Below are positions 51,438-64,000 of a DNA stretch of 64,000 bases, piece after piece. Origin of the DNA: an uncultured Methylomirabilota bacterium. GTDB taxonomy: Bacteria; Methylomirabilota; Methylomirabilia; Methylomirabilales; 2-02-FULL-66-22. Within the stretch, counting starts at the first letter, position 1, and every line of letters begins with the position of its first letter. Made by a program: the position numbers and the translations under genes. The notes under the pieces were generated by a model, which saw only the letters and a list, made by a program, of their open reading frames with translations, did no database searches and had not been told where the DNA came from. The DNA lies in NCBI GenBank assembly GCA_963845565.1, contig CAWJSJ010000002.1:864001-928000 (forward strand), given 5' to 3'.

Positions 51438-52599
51438 ATGCCAGAGCCGACGCAGACCGACGCGCGCAGAAATCGACCTGAGCGCCATCGCCGCCAACGT
51501 GCGAGTGGCGTGCGGCCTGGCCGGACCCGGCAGGGCCGTGATGGCGGTGGTCAAGGCGGACGCCTACGGCCACGGGGCCATTCCGGTCGCGGGTGTCGCC
51601 CTCCGGGCCGGGGCGACGTGGCTAGGTGTGGCGACCCCGGAAGAGGCGGCGGCGCTTCGCGCTGCGGGCATTACGGCGCGCATCCTGGTCCTCGGCCCCA
51701 TCGCACCCGAACAGGCGGCACTCGTCGCGCGTCACGACCTGGACCAGTGCGTGTCCGATCCCGTGCAGGCCGAGGCCCTGAGTCGAACGGCCGTATCGGC
51801 CGGGCGCACGCTCCGACTCCACCTGAAGGTGGACACCGGGATGGGGCGCGTCGGCGTGTCCCCGCGAGACGTTCGCCCGGCGGCCGAGCGCATCGCGCGA
51901 CTCCCGGCGGTTCGCCTGGCGGGACTCATGACCCACTTCGCCGAGTCCGACGCCGCCGATCCGGGGTTCACAGAGGAGCAGTTGGCGCGGTTCGCGCGTG
52001 CCACCGACGACCTGCGCGCCGCGGGTGTGGCCATTCCGATCCGCCACGCCGCCAACAGCGCGGCACTGTTCCATCACCCGGCCGCCCGGCTGGACATGGT
52101 CCGGCCGGGTATCATGCTGTACGGGTGTCATCCCTGCGACCGCCGCCGCCCGGACGACCCGCCACTCGTGCCCGCGCTCCGGTTCCGGACGGTGGTCAGC
52201 CACCTGAAGGACCTCCCCGCCGGGGGCAGTGTGAGTTACGGGCGAACCTTCGTGGCACCGCGCGATCTCCGGATCGCCACGCTCGCGGTCGGGTACGCCG
52301 ATGGACTCGCGCGCCTGCTCTCCGGGCGAGGGCAGGTCTTGATCCGAGGCCGGCGCGCTCCCATCGTGGGTCGCGTGTGCATGGACATGACCATGGTGGA
52401 CGTGACGCACGTCGCCGAGGCGCGCGTCGGCGACGAGGCCGTGTTGCTCGGCCGGCAGGGGGCCGAGGAGATCTCGGCCGACGCGATCGCCGAACTCACC
52501 GGCACGATCAGCTACGAGGTCTTCTGCCGCATCGGTGCGCGGGTTCCGCGGGTCTACCGCGCCGCGGATTTCCCGCAGACTTCCGGCGAACCTTCTTGA
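51438..52599 (+). CDS. alr: Alanine racemase (ATG 51438 is out of frame with the body; probable indel in the first codons)
   Basis: RPTRAEIDL, AVVKADAYGHG, KVDTGMGR, VRPGIMLYG, GYADG and GRVCMD. Confidence 0.93.
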
Positions 52600-52625
52600 C
52601 AAGCCCGACGCGCCAAAACTATAGT
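52596..52625 (+). promoter_or_regulatory. Sigma70-type promoter
   Basis: TTGACA-18-TATAGT. Confidence 0.6.
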
Positions 52626-52702
52626 GCCCTCGGGCGTCGGCGGAGGCGCCGTTCCGAGCCTGCGCAGGCGATCGCGAGCGCACGCGACGGGAGGATGGGC
52701 CC

Positions 52703-55216
52703 ATGAAAGCCGTGATCATGGCTGGGGGCTTCGGGACCCGGTTGCGGCCGTTGACCAACAACGTCCCCAAGCCCATGATCCCCATGGCAAACAAGCCCAT
52801 GATGGAGCACATCGTGGACTTGCTCCGCCGGCACGGCATCACCGACCTCGTCACGCTGCTCCACTTCCAGCCGGAACTAATCGAGTCGTATTTTCGGGAC
52901 GGATCGGCGTTCGGCGTGACGATGGCGTATGTCTCCGCCACCGAGGATTTCGGGACGGCGGGCGCCGTGAAGAATGCCGAGGCGCATCTCGACGGACCGT
53001 GTCTCGTCATCAGCGGCGACGTCCTGACCGACTTCGATCTCGGCGCCGCCATCGAGTTTCATCGCGAGCGCCGGGCCGACCTGACCATCCTGCTCACGCG
53101 GGTCGAGAACCCGCTCCAGTATGGGGTGGTGATCACCGAGTCGGACGGGCGGATCAGTCGCTTCCTGGAGAAACCGACCTGGAGCGAGGTGTTCAGCGAT
53201 ACGGTGAACACCGGCATCTACCTGCTCGAGCCGTCGGTGCTGGCGATGATTCCGCCGGGGCGGGAGTTCGACTTCAGCAAGGACCTCTTCCCGCTCATGA
53301 TGCGGGAGGGGCGCCGGCTCTACGGCTACGTGGCAGGCGGGTACTGGCGGGACGTGGGCGACCTGCTGGAGTATCGACTCGCACACCAGGACATCCTGGC
53401 GGGCGGGGTCACGGTTGCGATGGCCGGGCACCGGGTCGAGGGGTTGGACAGGGCCATCTGGCTGGGCGAGGGCAGCCGGGTGGATTTCACGGCGGGGCTG
53501 AAGGGGTCGGTGCTCATCGGGAAGAACGTCCGGGTCGGGGCCAATGCCCGGATCAGCAACAGCGTGATCGGGGACGGCTGCGTGATCGAGGACCGGGCGG
53601 TCGTGTCCGATTGTGTGCTCTGGGACAACGTCAGCATCGGCGCCGGGGCGGTGTTGACCGAGAACGTGGTGGGCCGGGGCAGTGAGGTCAAGGCGCGCGC
53701 CCGCCTCTTCGAGGGGGCGCTGGTCAGCGACGCCTGCTGCATCGGCGAAGGCTCGGTGGTCAAGGCCGACGTCAAGGTCTGGCCGCAGAAGCTGGTCGAG
53801 GACGGCGCGATCCTGTCCACCAGCCTGATCTGGGGGGACCGGTGGGCGCGCTCGCTCTTCGGGGCGTACGGCATCACGGGCCTGGGAAACGTCGAGATCT
53901 CGCCGGAGTTTGCCGCCAAGCTGGGGGCCGCGTTCGGCGCGACACTCCGGCAACACGCCATCGTGTGTACCAGCCGGGACCCGCATCGGACCTGTCGGCT
54001 CATCAACCGGGCCATGATCAGCGGGCTGCTGTCGGCCGGGGTGGACGTCCACGATCTCCGGGTGACCCCCATCCCGGTGGTCCGTTACCAGATGGGGAAG
54101 CATCGGACCGTGGCCGGGACCCACGTGCGCAAGTCGCCGTACGACCCGGAGCTGGTGGACATCAAGTTCTTCGACGACCGGGGGATGGACCTCTCGGCGA
54201 ATCGCGAGAAGGGGCTCGAACGTCTGTTCTTCCGCGAGGACTTCCGGCGGGCGAAGGTAGAGGACACCGGCCGGCTCAGCTTCCCCGAATATGATGTGGA
54301 GTACTACCAGGAAGGCATCCTGGGATTCGTCGATCAGGCGGCGATCCGTGCGCGTGCCCCCAAGATCGTCATCGACTACGCCTTCGGGAGCGCCACCACC
54401 ATCTTCCCGCACATCCTGGGGAAGCTGGGGTGCGAGGTCATCGGCCTGAACGCCTACATGGACGAGACCCGCATCACCAAGACCGCGGAGGAGTATCAGC
54501 GGTCGGTGAAGCAGCTCTGCGAGATCGTGCGGATCCTGGGGGCGGACCTGGGGTTCATGCTGGACACGGGGGCCGAGAAGCTGTTCCTGGTGGACGACAA
54601 GGGCGACCTGTTGTCGGACGAGCTGGCGCTGGCCGCCGTCGCCTTCCTGGTGGGCCGCACCCAGCCCGGCGGGACCATCGCCGTGCCCATCACCGCCAGC
54701 AGCGTCCTGGAGGAACTGGTCGCACCGGGCGGCTTCCGGGTCACCCGGACCAAGATCGCCTCCCGCGCGCTGATGGAAGCCGCGGCCCAGGAGGGCGTGA
54801 CGTTCGTGGGCGACGCCTTCGGCGGGTTCGTGTTTCCTCAGTTTCAGCCGGCGTTCGACGCCATGCTGGCCACGCTGAAGATCCTGGAGATGCTGGCGCT
54901 GAGCGACTTGACGCTCCACCAGGTGATCCGGAGCGTCCCCCAGCGGGTGATGGTGCGGGACCATGTGCCCTGCCCCTGGGAACGCAAGGGGACGCTGATG
55001 CGCACCCTGATCGAGGCCACCAAGCACGACCAGGTGGAACTGGTGGACGGGGTGAAGATTCATCTGGGGGCGGATTGGGCCATCCTGTATCCGGACCCGG
55101 ATCGGCCCGTGTTCCACATCCTGGCCGAAGCCGCCACCCGCACCCGCGCTGGGCAGATCGCGGAGACCTACCGGGAGCAGGTGGCGACTTGGCTGGGACG
55201 GGAGGGCGCCGCGTAG
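52703..55216 (+). CDS. Mannose-1-phosphate guanyltransferase-like nucleotidyltransferase / hexapeptide / phosphomannomutase-like fusion
   Basis: MAGGFGTRLRPLT, GTAGAV, EKP, left-handed beta-helix repeats and a C-terminal PMM-like region. Confidence 0.9.
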   Translation: MKAVIMAGGFGTRLRPLTNNVPKPMIPMANKPMMEHIVDLLRRHGITDLVTLLHFQPELIESYFRDGSAFGVTMAYVSATEDFGTAGAVKNAEAHLDGPCLVISGDVLTDFDLGAAIEFHRERRADLTILLTRVENPLQYGVVITESDGRISRFLEKPTWSEVFSDTVNTGIYLLEPSVLAMIPPGREFDFSKDLFPLMMREGRRLYGYVAGGYWRDVGDLLEYRLAHQDILAGGVTVAMAGHRVEGLDRAIWLGEGSRVDFTAGLKGSVLIGKNVRVGANARISNSVIGDGCVIEDRAVVSDCVLWDNVSIGAGAVLTENVVGRGSEVKARARLFEGALVSDACCIGEGSVVKADVKVWPQKLVEDGAILSTSLIWGDRWARSLFGAYGITGLGNVEISPEFAAKLGAAFGATLRQHAIVCTSRDPHRTCRLINRAMISGLLSAGVDVHDLRVTPIPVVRYQMGKHRTVAGTHVRKSPYDPELVDIKFFDDRGMDLSANREKGLERLFFREDFRRAKVEDTGRLSFPEYDVEYYQEGILGFVDQAAIRARAPKIVIDYAFGSATTIFPHILGKLGCEVIGLNAYMDETRITKTAEEYQRSVKQLCEIVRILGADLGFMLDTGAEKLFLVDDKGDLLSDELALAAVAFLVGRTQPGGTIAVPITASSVLEELVAPGGFRVTRTKIASRALMEAAAQEGVTFVGDAFGGFVFPQFQPAFDAMLATLKILEMLALSDLTLHQVIRSVPQRVMVRDHVPCPWERKGTLMRTLIEATKHDQVELVDGVKIHLGADWAILYPDPDRPVFHILAEAATRTRAGQIAETYREQVATWLGREGAA

Positions 55217-55342
55217 CAGGCTGCTGAAAAAGGCCCATCTGCGGCGTTGGCGTCACTCGGGCGCTCGCTGCGGCGTACCTGGAGTACGCCTCACTCGGCC
55301 CTGCGTTCGCCGCCTGGCATCTGGACCTTTTTGAGCAGCCTG
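55217..55342. mobile_element. MITE-like element, family A, copy 2
   Basis: caggctgctgaaaaaggcccatctgcggcgttgg ... gcatctggacctttttgagcagcctg, starting right after the TAG stop. Confidence 0.78.
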
Positions 55343-55419
55343 ACGGAAAGCGGGTTTCCGCATCCTGTTTGGGCTAGGGGCCGTTGCGTCTGCCGGCTGC
55401 CACGAGTACGGGACGGACC

Positions 55420-56847
55420 ATGGGCGGGATCACGCTCGACACATCCGGCTGGCGCGGCATCATTGCCGAGGACTTCACGTTCACGGGGGTCCGCGCCGTC
55501 AGCCAGGCCGTCGGGGAGTATTTCCGGTCCCTGGACCCGCGCGCCGGAGAGCGCGGCGTGGTGATCGGCTACGACACGCGGTTCCTCTCGGAGGCGTTTG
55601 CGGCGCAGGCGGCACGGATCCTGGCGGCACAGGGGATCCGGGCGCTGCTGTGTGAGCGGGATACGCCGACGCCGGTGGTCGCCTCCGAGATTCTGCGGCG
55701 GCAGGCGGCAGGCGGGATCATCGTCACCGCCGGCCACCACCCTCCGGAGTACAACGGCATCAGGGTTTCGGGGGCCTGGGGTGGGCCGGCGTCGCCCGAG
55801 GCCACTCGGCAGATCCAGGCCCGGGCGAATGCCCTGCTTTTCGAGCCGCGCGCGGCGGAGATCGCGTCGGGCGAGGCGGACGGGCAGGGCCTGATCGAGC
55901 GCATCGATCCGCGGGACGCGTATCTGGAGCGGCTGCGGGGCTTGGTGCGGCTGGAAACGATCCGCGAGGCGCGCCTCAGGGTCGTCGTGGATCCGCTCTA
56001 CGGCACCGGCCGGGGCTACCTGGACGCACTGCTCGCGGAGGCCGGCTGCGAGGTCCGCGTGCTCCACGACTGGCGGGACCCGAATTTCGGCGGCCGGTCG
56101 CCCGAGCCCTCGGAGGCGCACCTGGAGGAGCTGGCCTTTCAGGTGGTGGAGACCTCGGCCCATCTGGGCCTTTCCACCGATGGGGAGGGTGCCCGATTCG
56201 GCCTGGTGGACGCCGACGGGAGCTTCCTGGAGTCGGGCTATTTCCTCGGGCTCCTCTTGCACCACCTGGTCAGGACGCGGGGCTGGACCGGCGGCGCGGC
56301 GCGATCGGCGGCGACCAGCCACCTGATGGATGCCGTGGCGCGTCGGCTGGATATCCCGATCTACGAGACGCCGGCCGGCTTTGCCTCCATCGGCGCGTTG
56401 ATCGCCAAGGACACCATCGCCCTGGGCGGCGACGAGGGGGCCGGGCTCTCGGTCAAGGGGCACGTCCCGGAACAGGACGGGATCCTGGCGTGCCTGTTGG
56501 CCGCCGAGCTGGTCGCCTCGCGAGGGCGTGCCCGGCTCCGGACGCTGCTCCAGGAGTTGTACGCGGACGTCGGGACGTTCCTGACCAAGCGGGTGGACCA
56601 TCGGGTGGAGCCCCGCGACGTGGACCGGCTGGCGGAGCGGCTGCGGAAACCTCCGGGGAACGTGGCGGGCTTGGCGGTCATCGAGGTGAAACAGCTGGAC
56701 GGGGTGAAGCTGCTGCTCGAGGACGGAAGCTGGCTCCTCATCCGGGTCTCGGACGCGGAGCCGGTGGTGCGCCTCTCGGTCGAGGCGGCGACGCCGGAGC
56801 AGGTGGACCGGTTGGTGACGGCAGGAGAGACCCTCATCGGACGATGA
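55420..56847 (+). CDS. Phosphoglucomutase/phosphomannomutase family protein with degenerate active site
   Basis: GWRGIIAEDFTF, IGYDTRF and PTP are retained. TASHNP reads TAGHHP and DGDADR reads DGEGAR. Confidence 0.85.
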   Translation: MGGITLDTSGWRGIIAEDFTFTGVRAVSQAVGEYFRSLDPRAGERGVVIGYDTRFLSEAFAAQAARILAAQGIRALLCERDTPTPVVASEILRRQAAGGIIVTAGHHPPEYNGIRVSGAWGGPASPEATRQIQARANALLFEPRAAEIASGEADGQGLIERIDPRDAYLERLRGLVRLETIREARLRVVVDPLYGTGRGYLDALLAEAGCEVRVLHDWRDPNFGGRSPEPSEAHLEELAFQVVETSAHLGLSTDGEGARFGLVDADGSFLESGYFLGLLLHHLVRTRGWTGGAARSAATSHLMDAVARRLDIPIYETPAGFASIGALIAKDTIALGGDEGAGLSVKGHVPEQDGILACLLAAELVASRGRARLRTLLQELYADVGTFLTKRVDHRVEPRDVDRLAERLRKPPGNVAGLAVIEVKQLDGVKLLLEDGSWLLIRVSDAEPVVRLSVEAATPEQVDRLVTAGETLIGR

Positions 56848-56863
56848 CGGGTCGGTGCGATAG

Positions 56864-58300
<1,437 letters not shown>

Positions 58301-58306
58301 CCGGCC

Positions 58307-58645
58307 ATGGCCCGCCTGCCCGGCCGGGGTCGGCCCTCCGTCTTGCGCCACCTGAGGCTCGCCATCCTGTTCCTCTTGGTCCTGGTGGCGGCCTCGGTGA
58401 TGGGCAATCGGAGCCTGCTCCGTCTGTACCAGATGCACCGGGAGCGCGCGGCCGTGGAGCGCGAGATCGATCAGTTGACAGCAGCCAACGCCACCCTGGC
58501 GGAGGAGGTGCGGAACCTCCGCACCGATCCCGCCAGGGCCGAGGCGATCGCCCGCGAGGAGCTGGGCCTGGTGAAGCCCGGCGACCTGGTCTACGAGTTC
58601 CGCCCCGCTATCCCGCCCCCGGCCAAGACCGAGGCCTCCCGCTAG
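58307..58645 (+). CDS. ftsB: Septum formation initiator (FtsB/DivIC family)
   Basis: One TM, coiled coil, EAIAREELGLVKPGD; follows eno. Confidence 0.85.
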   Translation: MARLPGRGRPSVLRHLRLAILFLLVLVAASVMGNRSLLRLYQMHRERAAVEREIDQLTAANATLAEEVRNLRTDPARAEAIAREELGLVKPGDLVYEFRPAIPPPAKTEASR

Positions 58646-58692
58646 CGCCTGATGCCGTCTGATCTTGCGGGTCCGGGACGAACCGAAACTCC

Positions 58693-58721
58693 TTGCGGAG
58701 GCCCGCTCCATTCCCTATACT
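58693..58721 (+). promoter_or_regulatory. Sigma70-type promoter for dxr-rseP-ispG
   Basis: TTGCGG-17-TATACT. Confidence 0.5.
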
Positions 58722-58835
58722 AGCCTTCCACCCCGAATCCTCTGATTGATCTGCCCGCATTTTGCGTGGTTTTCTCCTGCGAGGCGGGGTTGCTGTGGAC
58801 TCGGAGGCGAGCCGGGGGAGCGGCTTGCCCGCCCG

Positions 58836-58940
58836 TAAGCCGTTGTCAAAGAATAAATTGAGCGGAGACATGCCGAAACGGCATAAGGAGCCGTAACGAA
58901 ATAGAAAGAGATGTACAGGTTATTTCGTAACGGCTCCTAA
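58836..58940. mobile_element. MITE-like element, family B, copy 3
   Basis: taagccgttgtcaaagaataa ... taaggagccgtaacgaaat ... ttatttcgtaacggctcctaa. Confidence 0.78.
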
Positions 58941-58953
58941 CGTTCGAGGGGAC

Positions 58954-60099
58954 ATGAAGCGACTGGCGATTCTGGGTTCGACGGGTTCCATCGGGAGGCA
59001 CACGTTGGATGTGGTGGCGAGCCATCCCGACCAGTTCGAGGTCGTGGCGCTGGCCGCCGGCAACAACGTGGAGCTGCTGGAACAGCAGGTCCGCCGGTTC
59101 CGCCCGCGGTTTGTCGCGCTGGCCGACGAAACGCGAGCGCGGGAGCTGGCCCGACGCCTGGACTCCCTGACGACCGAGGTGGGTTGGGGGAGCGAGGGGG
59201 TGCGCCAGGCGGCCGCCGACACCGGGGCGGACATGGTCGTGTCGGCGATCGTGGGCGGGGCCGGCCTGGTGCCGACCATGGCGGCGCTTCGGGCGGGGAA
59301 GACGCTGGCGCTGGCCAACAAGGAAACCCTGGTGATGGCGGGCGCCCTGGTGACCGCCGAGGCCCGGGCCCGCGGGACGCGGATCCTTCCGGTGGACAGC
59401 GAGCACTCCGCCATCTTCCAGTGCCTGGACCACGGCGAGACCGGCTCGGTCCGGCGGATCGTCCTCACCGCGTCCGGGGGGCCGTTCCGGACGCTGCCCC
59501 AGAAGGCCTTTGCCACCATCACCCCCGAGGACGCCCTCTGCCACCCCACCTGGTCCATGGGGAAGAAGATCACCATCGATTCGGCCACGCTGGTCAACAA
59601 GGGGCTGGAGGTGATCGAGGCCCAGTGGCTATTTGACCTCCCGGTGGATCGGGTGGACGTCATCGTGCATCCCCAGAGCGTCATCCATTCCATGGTGGAA
59701 TACGTGGACGGGTCGTTCCTGGCGCAGCTCGGGGCGCCGGACATGCGGCTGCCGATCCAGTACGCCCTGATGTATCCCGAGCGGCGGGTCTGCCCCGCCG
59801 CGCGACTGGCCCTGGACGAGCTGCGCCTGTTGACGTTCGAGGCGGTGGATCGGGAGAAATTCCCCTCTCTGGATCTGGCGTACGAGGCGGCGCGGGCGGG
59901 CGGCTCGTGGCCGGCGGTCCTGAATGCCGCCAACGAGGTGGCCGTCCAGTGGTTCCTGGACCGCCGCATCGGTTTCGACGAGATTCCCGTGGTCATCCGG
60001 AAGGCCATGGATGCCCACCCCCAACGCGCCATCGCCAGCGTGGAAGACGTCCTGGAGGTGGACCGGCAGGTGAGAGAGAACTTGGAGCGGAGAGGCTAG
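58954..60099 (+). CDS. dxr: 1-deoxy-D-xylulose 5-phosphate reductoisomerase
   Basis: LGSTGSIG, LANKE, PVDSEH, HPTWSMGKKITIDSAT and NKGLEVIEA. Confidence 0.98.
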   Translation: MKRLAILGSTGSIGRHTLDVVASHPDQFEVVALAAGNNVELLEQQVRRFRPRFVALADETRARELARRLDSLTTEVGWGSEGVRQAAADTGADMVVSAIVGGAGLVPTMAALRAGKTLALANKETLVMAGALVTAEARARGTRILPVDSEHSAIFQCLDHGETGSVRRIVLTASGGPFRTLPQKAFATITPEDALCHPTWSMGKKITIDSATLVNKGLEVIEAQWLFDLPVDRVDVIVHPQSVIHSMVEYVDGSFLAQLGAPDMRLPIQYALMYPERRVCPAARLALDELRLLTFEAVDREKFPSLDLAYEAARAGGSWPAVLNAANEVAVQWFLDRRIGFDEIPVVIRKAMDAHPQRAIASVEDVLEVDRQVRENLERRG

Positions 60100-60198
60100 A
60101 GTCGAGAGCCTAGAGCGAAGAGCTGAGAGCCGAGAGTGGAGCGAGCGGAATAGACGCCCGTGCGGCTCGGCTCTCCACGCTTGGCTCTAGGCTCTAAC
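60093..60198. repeat. Inverted 7-mer arrays (AGCCTAG-type) between dxr and rseP
   Basis: aggctag agtcgag agcctag agcgaag agctgag agccgag ... ctcggct ctccacg cttggct ctaggct ctaac. Confidence 0.8.
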
Positions 60199-60209
60199 GT
60201 GGAGTTCGC

Positions 60210-61556
60210 ATGACGATACAGACGATCGTGGCAGCGGTGGTGGTCCTCGGGGCGTTGATCTTCTTTCACGAGCTCGGCCATTTTCTGGTGGCCAAGCGGG
60301 CGAAGGTCGGGGTCTTGAAGTTCTCCCTGGGCTTTGGCCCGAAGATCGTGGGCGTGAAACGCGGCGAAACGGAGTACCTGCTGTCCGCGCTCCCGCTCGG
60401 CGGCTACGTCAAGATGATCGGCGAGGACCCGGGCGACGAGTCGCCCGAGGCGACCGACCCGGCGCGCTCATTTTCGAAGAAGAGCGTCGGCACCCGGTCG
60501 CTCATCATCCTGGCCGGGCCGTTGGCCAACTTCATTCTCCCCGTCCTGATCTTCTGGGGCATCTTCATGTTCGTCGGCCAGTCCTTCCTGCTGCCGGTGG
60601 CGGGCTCGCCGGAGAAGGATTCGCCGGCCGCCAAGGCGGGCCTCACCGTGGGGGATCGTGTTCAGGCGATCGGCGGACAACCCATCGGGCGATGGGATGA
60701 GTTCGAGACGGCGCTGCGGACGTCGTCGGGCCGCACGCTGACCCTGACGATCCTTCGCGACGGGCGGTCCACGGATGTTCAGGTGGAGCCGCGGGTGCAG
60801 AAGACGCGGGACCTCTTCGGTCAGGATGTGGAGGTGTGGGATCTTGGGCTGCGCCCGCTGGTGTCCACCCGCATCGGGCAAGTCCTGCCGAACCAGCCGG
60901 CGCAGCAATCCGGCATCCGCGGCGGCGATCGTGTCCTGGCGGTGAACGGCAACCCCGTGGGCGAATGGGACCAGCTCGCCAAGATCATCCACGGCAGCCC
61001 CGGCACGCCGCTCACGCTCACGCTGGAGCGCGAGGGGCAGCGCCAAGAGGTCCAGGTCACCCCGCGGAGCACCAAGCAGCAGGGGCCCGCCGGCGAGGAG
61101 GAGATCGGTCTGATCGGGATCGGGCCGGCGCCGGAAACGCAGCTCCGCCGCCTGAATCCCGTCTCGGCTGCCTGGGCAGGGGTGACGAAGACGGTGGACC
61201 TCTCGGTCCTGGTGGTGACCGGCTTCGTCAAGCTGGTCCAGGCCAAGATCTCGCCCAAGACCATCGGAGGGCCGATCCTCATCGCCCAGATGGCCGGCGA
61301 GGTCGCGCAGCGGGGCATGATCGAATTGCTCTCGTTCACGGCGCTCCTGTCCATCAACCTGGCGATCCTGAATCTCCTGCCGATTCCCATCCTGGACGGC
61401 GGGCATCTGCTCTTCTCGCTGATCGAATGGCTCCGGGGCAAGCCGGTGAGCCTCAAGAAGCGTGAGATGGCGCAGCAGGTGGGCATGGTTCTGCTCATCG
61501 GCCTGATGGTCTTCGCGTTCTACAACGACATCTTCCGCTGGCTGGGCCAGCCGTGA
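60210..61556 (+). CDS. rseP: RIP metalloprotease RseP
   Basis: HELGH, PLGGYV, AGPLAN, two PDZ domains and [11 protein letters not shown]. Confidence 0.96.
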   Translation: MTIQTIVAAVVVLGALIFFHELGHFLVAKRAKVGVLKFSLGFGPKIVGVKRGETEYLLSALPLGGYVKMIGEDPGDESPEATDPARSFSKKSVGTRSLIILAGPLANFILPVLIFWGIFMFVGQSFLLPVAGSPEKDSPAAKAGLTVGDRVQAIGGQPIGRWDEFETALRTSSGRTLTLTILRDGRSTDVQVEPRVQKTRDLFGQDVEVWDLGLRPLVSTRIGQVLPNQPAQQSGIRGGDRVLAVNGNPVGEWDQLAKIIHGSPGTPLTLTLEREGQRQEVQVTPRSTKQQGPAGEEEIGLIGIGPAPETQLRRLNPVSAAWAGVTKTVDLSVLVVTGFVKLVQAKISPKTIGGPILIAQMAGEVAQRGMIELLSFTALLSINLAILNLLPIPILDGGHLLFSLIEWLRGKPVSLKKREMAQQVGMVLLIGLMVFAFYNDIFRWLGQP

Positions 61557-62728
61557 GTCGGGCAATGGAGTACCGGGCCGATCCGGCCGAAGCGACCAAC
61601 TTCGGCCCGTTCACCGAGGTCGCCCCCCTTCGCATCGCATCCGCCCGCTCCTACGTTCGGCGGCGGACGCGCCCGCTCCAGGTGGGCAAGGTGGCGGTCG
61701 GCGGGAACGCGCCCATCTCGGTCCAGTCCATGACCAAGACCGACACGCGGGACGTCCAGGCGACCGTGGACCAGATCTGGGCGCTGGAGGCGGCCGGCTG
61801 CGAGATCGTCCGGGTGGCGGTCCCCGACGCGGACGCCGCGACGGCGATCGGCAAGATCCGACCCCAGATCCGCATCCCGCTGATCGTGGACATCCACTTC
61901 GATTACCGGCTGGCCCTCCAGTGTCTCACGGCCGGCGTGGACTGTCTGCGGATCAACCCCGGCAACATCGGGGCGACCTGGCGGGTGCAGGAAGTGACCA
62001 AGGCCGCGGCGGAGCGCAAGGTGCCCATCCGGATCGGCGTGAACGCGGGATCGCTGGAGAAGCATCTCCTGCAGCGGTTCGGGGAGCCGACGCCGGAAGC
62101 CCTGGTGGAGAGCGCGCTCTTCCACATCCGGATCCTCGAGGAGCTGAACTACCCGGAGATGAAGGTCTCGCTCAAGTCGTCCGACCCACGGATGATGATC
62201 GAGGCGTACCGTCTGCTGGCAGATCAGGTCCCGTACCCCTTCCATCTGGGGGTGACCGAGGCGGGGACGGCCTTTACCGGGGCGATCAAATCCGCCGTGG
62301 GCATCGGGACGCTGCTGGCCGAGGGGATCGGCGACACCATCCGGGTGAGCCTGACGGAGGATCCGACCGAGGAGATCAAGGCCGGCTTCGAGATCCTGAA
62401 GGCCCTCGGGCTCCGGAAGCGGGGGCTCAACGTGATCGCCTGTCCCTCCTGCGGCCGGGTGGAGATCGACCTGGTCGGTCTGACCAAAGAGGTCGAGAAG
62501 CGGCTGGAGGCGCTCAACATCCAGCGGACGCTGAACGTCGCCGTGATGGGCTGTGCGGTCAACGGGCCGGGCGAAGCACGCGGGGCGGACATCGGGATCG
62601 CCGGCGGCCACGGGGTCGGGATCCTGATCAAGAAGGGGCAGATCGTCCGGAAGGTCAAGGAGTCGGAGCTGGCCGACGTGCTGGTGGAAGAGGTGCAACG
62701 GTTGGCCGCCCAGTCCCCGGAGGATTAA
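61553..62728 (+). CDS. ispG: HMBPP synthase IspG
   Basis: [35 protein letters not shown] and [10 protein letters not shown]. Confidence 0.97.
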   Translation: MSRAMEYRADPAEATNFGPFTEVAPLRIASARSYVRRRTRPLQVGKVAVGGNAPISVQSMTKTDTRDVQATVDQIWALEAAGCEIVRVAVPDADAATAIGKIRPQIRIPLIVDIHFDYRLALQCLTAGVDCLRINPGNIGATWRVQEVTKAAAERKVPIRIGVNAGSLEKHLLQRFGEPTPEALVESALFHIRILEELNYPEMKVSLKSSDPRMMIEAYRLLADQVPYPFHLGVTEAGTAFTGAIKSAVGIGTLLAEGIGDTIRVSLTEDPTEEIKAGFEILKALGLRKRGLNVIACPSCGRVEIDLVGLTKEVEKRLEALNIQRTLNVAVMGCAVNGPGEARGADIGIAGGHGVGILIKKGQIVRKVKESELADVLVEEVQRLAAQSPED

Positions 62729-62895
62729 CGGGCGGCCACAGCAGGTCTCCCGCAGTCGAGGGGGAGGAACCGCACGCGTCCTCCTCCTTTCTGTTTTCCG
62801 TCTCTCATCCCGCGGGGCTGGTTCCTCTTGGCCCCGCCGCCGGGGCCGCCAATGGGCCGCGGCCACACCACGACTCCCCTCACGAGGAGGGCGCG

Positions 62896-64000
<1,105 letters not shown>

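Noticed and set aside
62729..62895. T-box upstream of proS
   Set aside because: No T-box consensus (AAUUnnGGUGGnACCGCG) or terminator is visible, and the region is short.

Overview
High-GC bacterial chromosomal window (by eye roughly two-thirds G+C; taxon not determinable from the sequence alone). Layout: (1) 1-13.7 kb, a + strand sugar/sugar-acid catabolic cluster: TRAP dctM, two xylose-isomerase-like TIM barrels, an Ldh_2 reductase, iolB-like, gluconate 5-dehydrogenase-like, Gfo/Idh/MocA, an SDR, a CoA transferase, an Eda-like protein lacking its catalytic residues, and a short pyruvate kinase. It is interrupted by a vapBC pair and a SAM methyltransferase that very probably reads through a UGA as selenocysteine (SECIS-like hairpin present). 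(2) 13.8-20.7 kb: yaiI, dsbA-like, ilvBN and a lytic transglycosylase. (3) 21-47 kb, a ~26 kb potassium island: kdpFABC, two kdpDE pairs, three KimA-like permeases, ktrAB, trkAH and two extra TrkA/RCK proteins. Three of its promoters share an identically spaced four-box operator (putative KdpE sites), and each drives an uncharacterised first gene; two of those genes are paralogous 2-TM proteins. (4) 47-64 kb, core genes: groES/EL with CIRCE, alr, an NTP-transferase/PMM fusion, a degenerate PGM/PMM, eno, ftsB, dxr, rseP, ispG and partial proS. Intergenic DNA carries two MITE-like families and many inverted 6-9-mer tandem-repeat hairpins; one of these encloses an internally deleted four-helix-bundle gene. 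Single-base frameshifts occur even in groEL, alr and proS, which points to assembly indel errors. No rRNA, tRNA, CRISPR array or intact transposase was seen.
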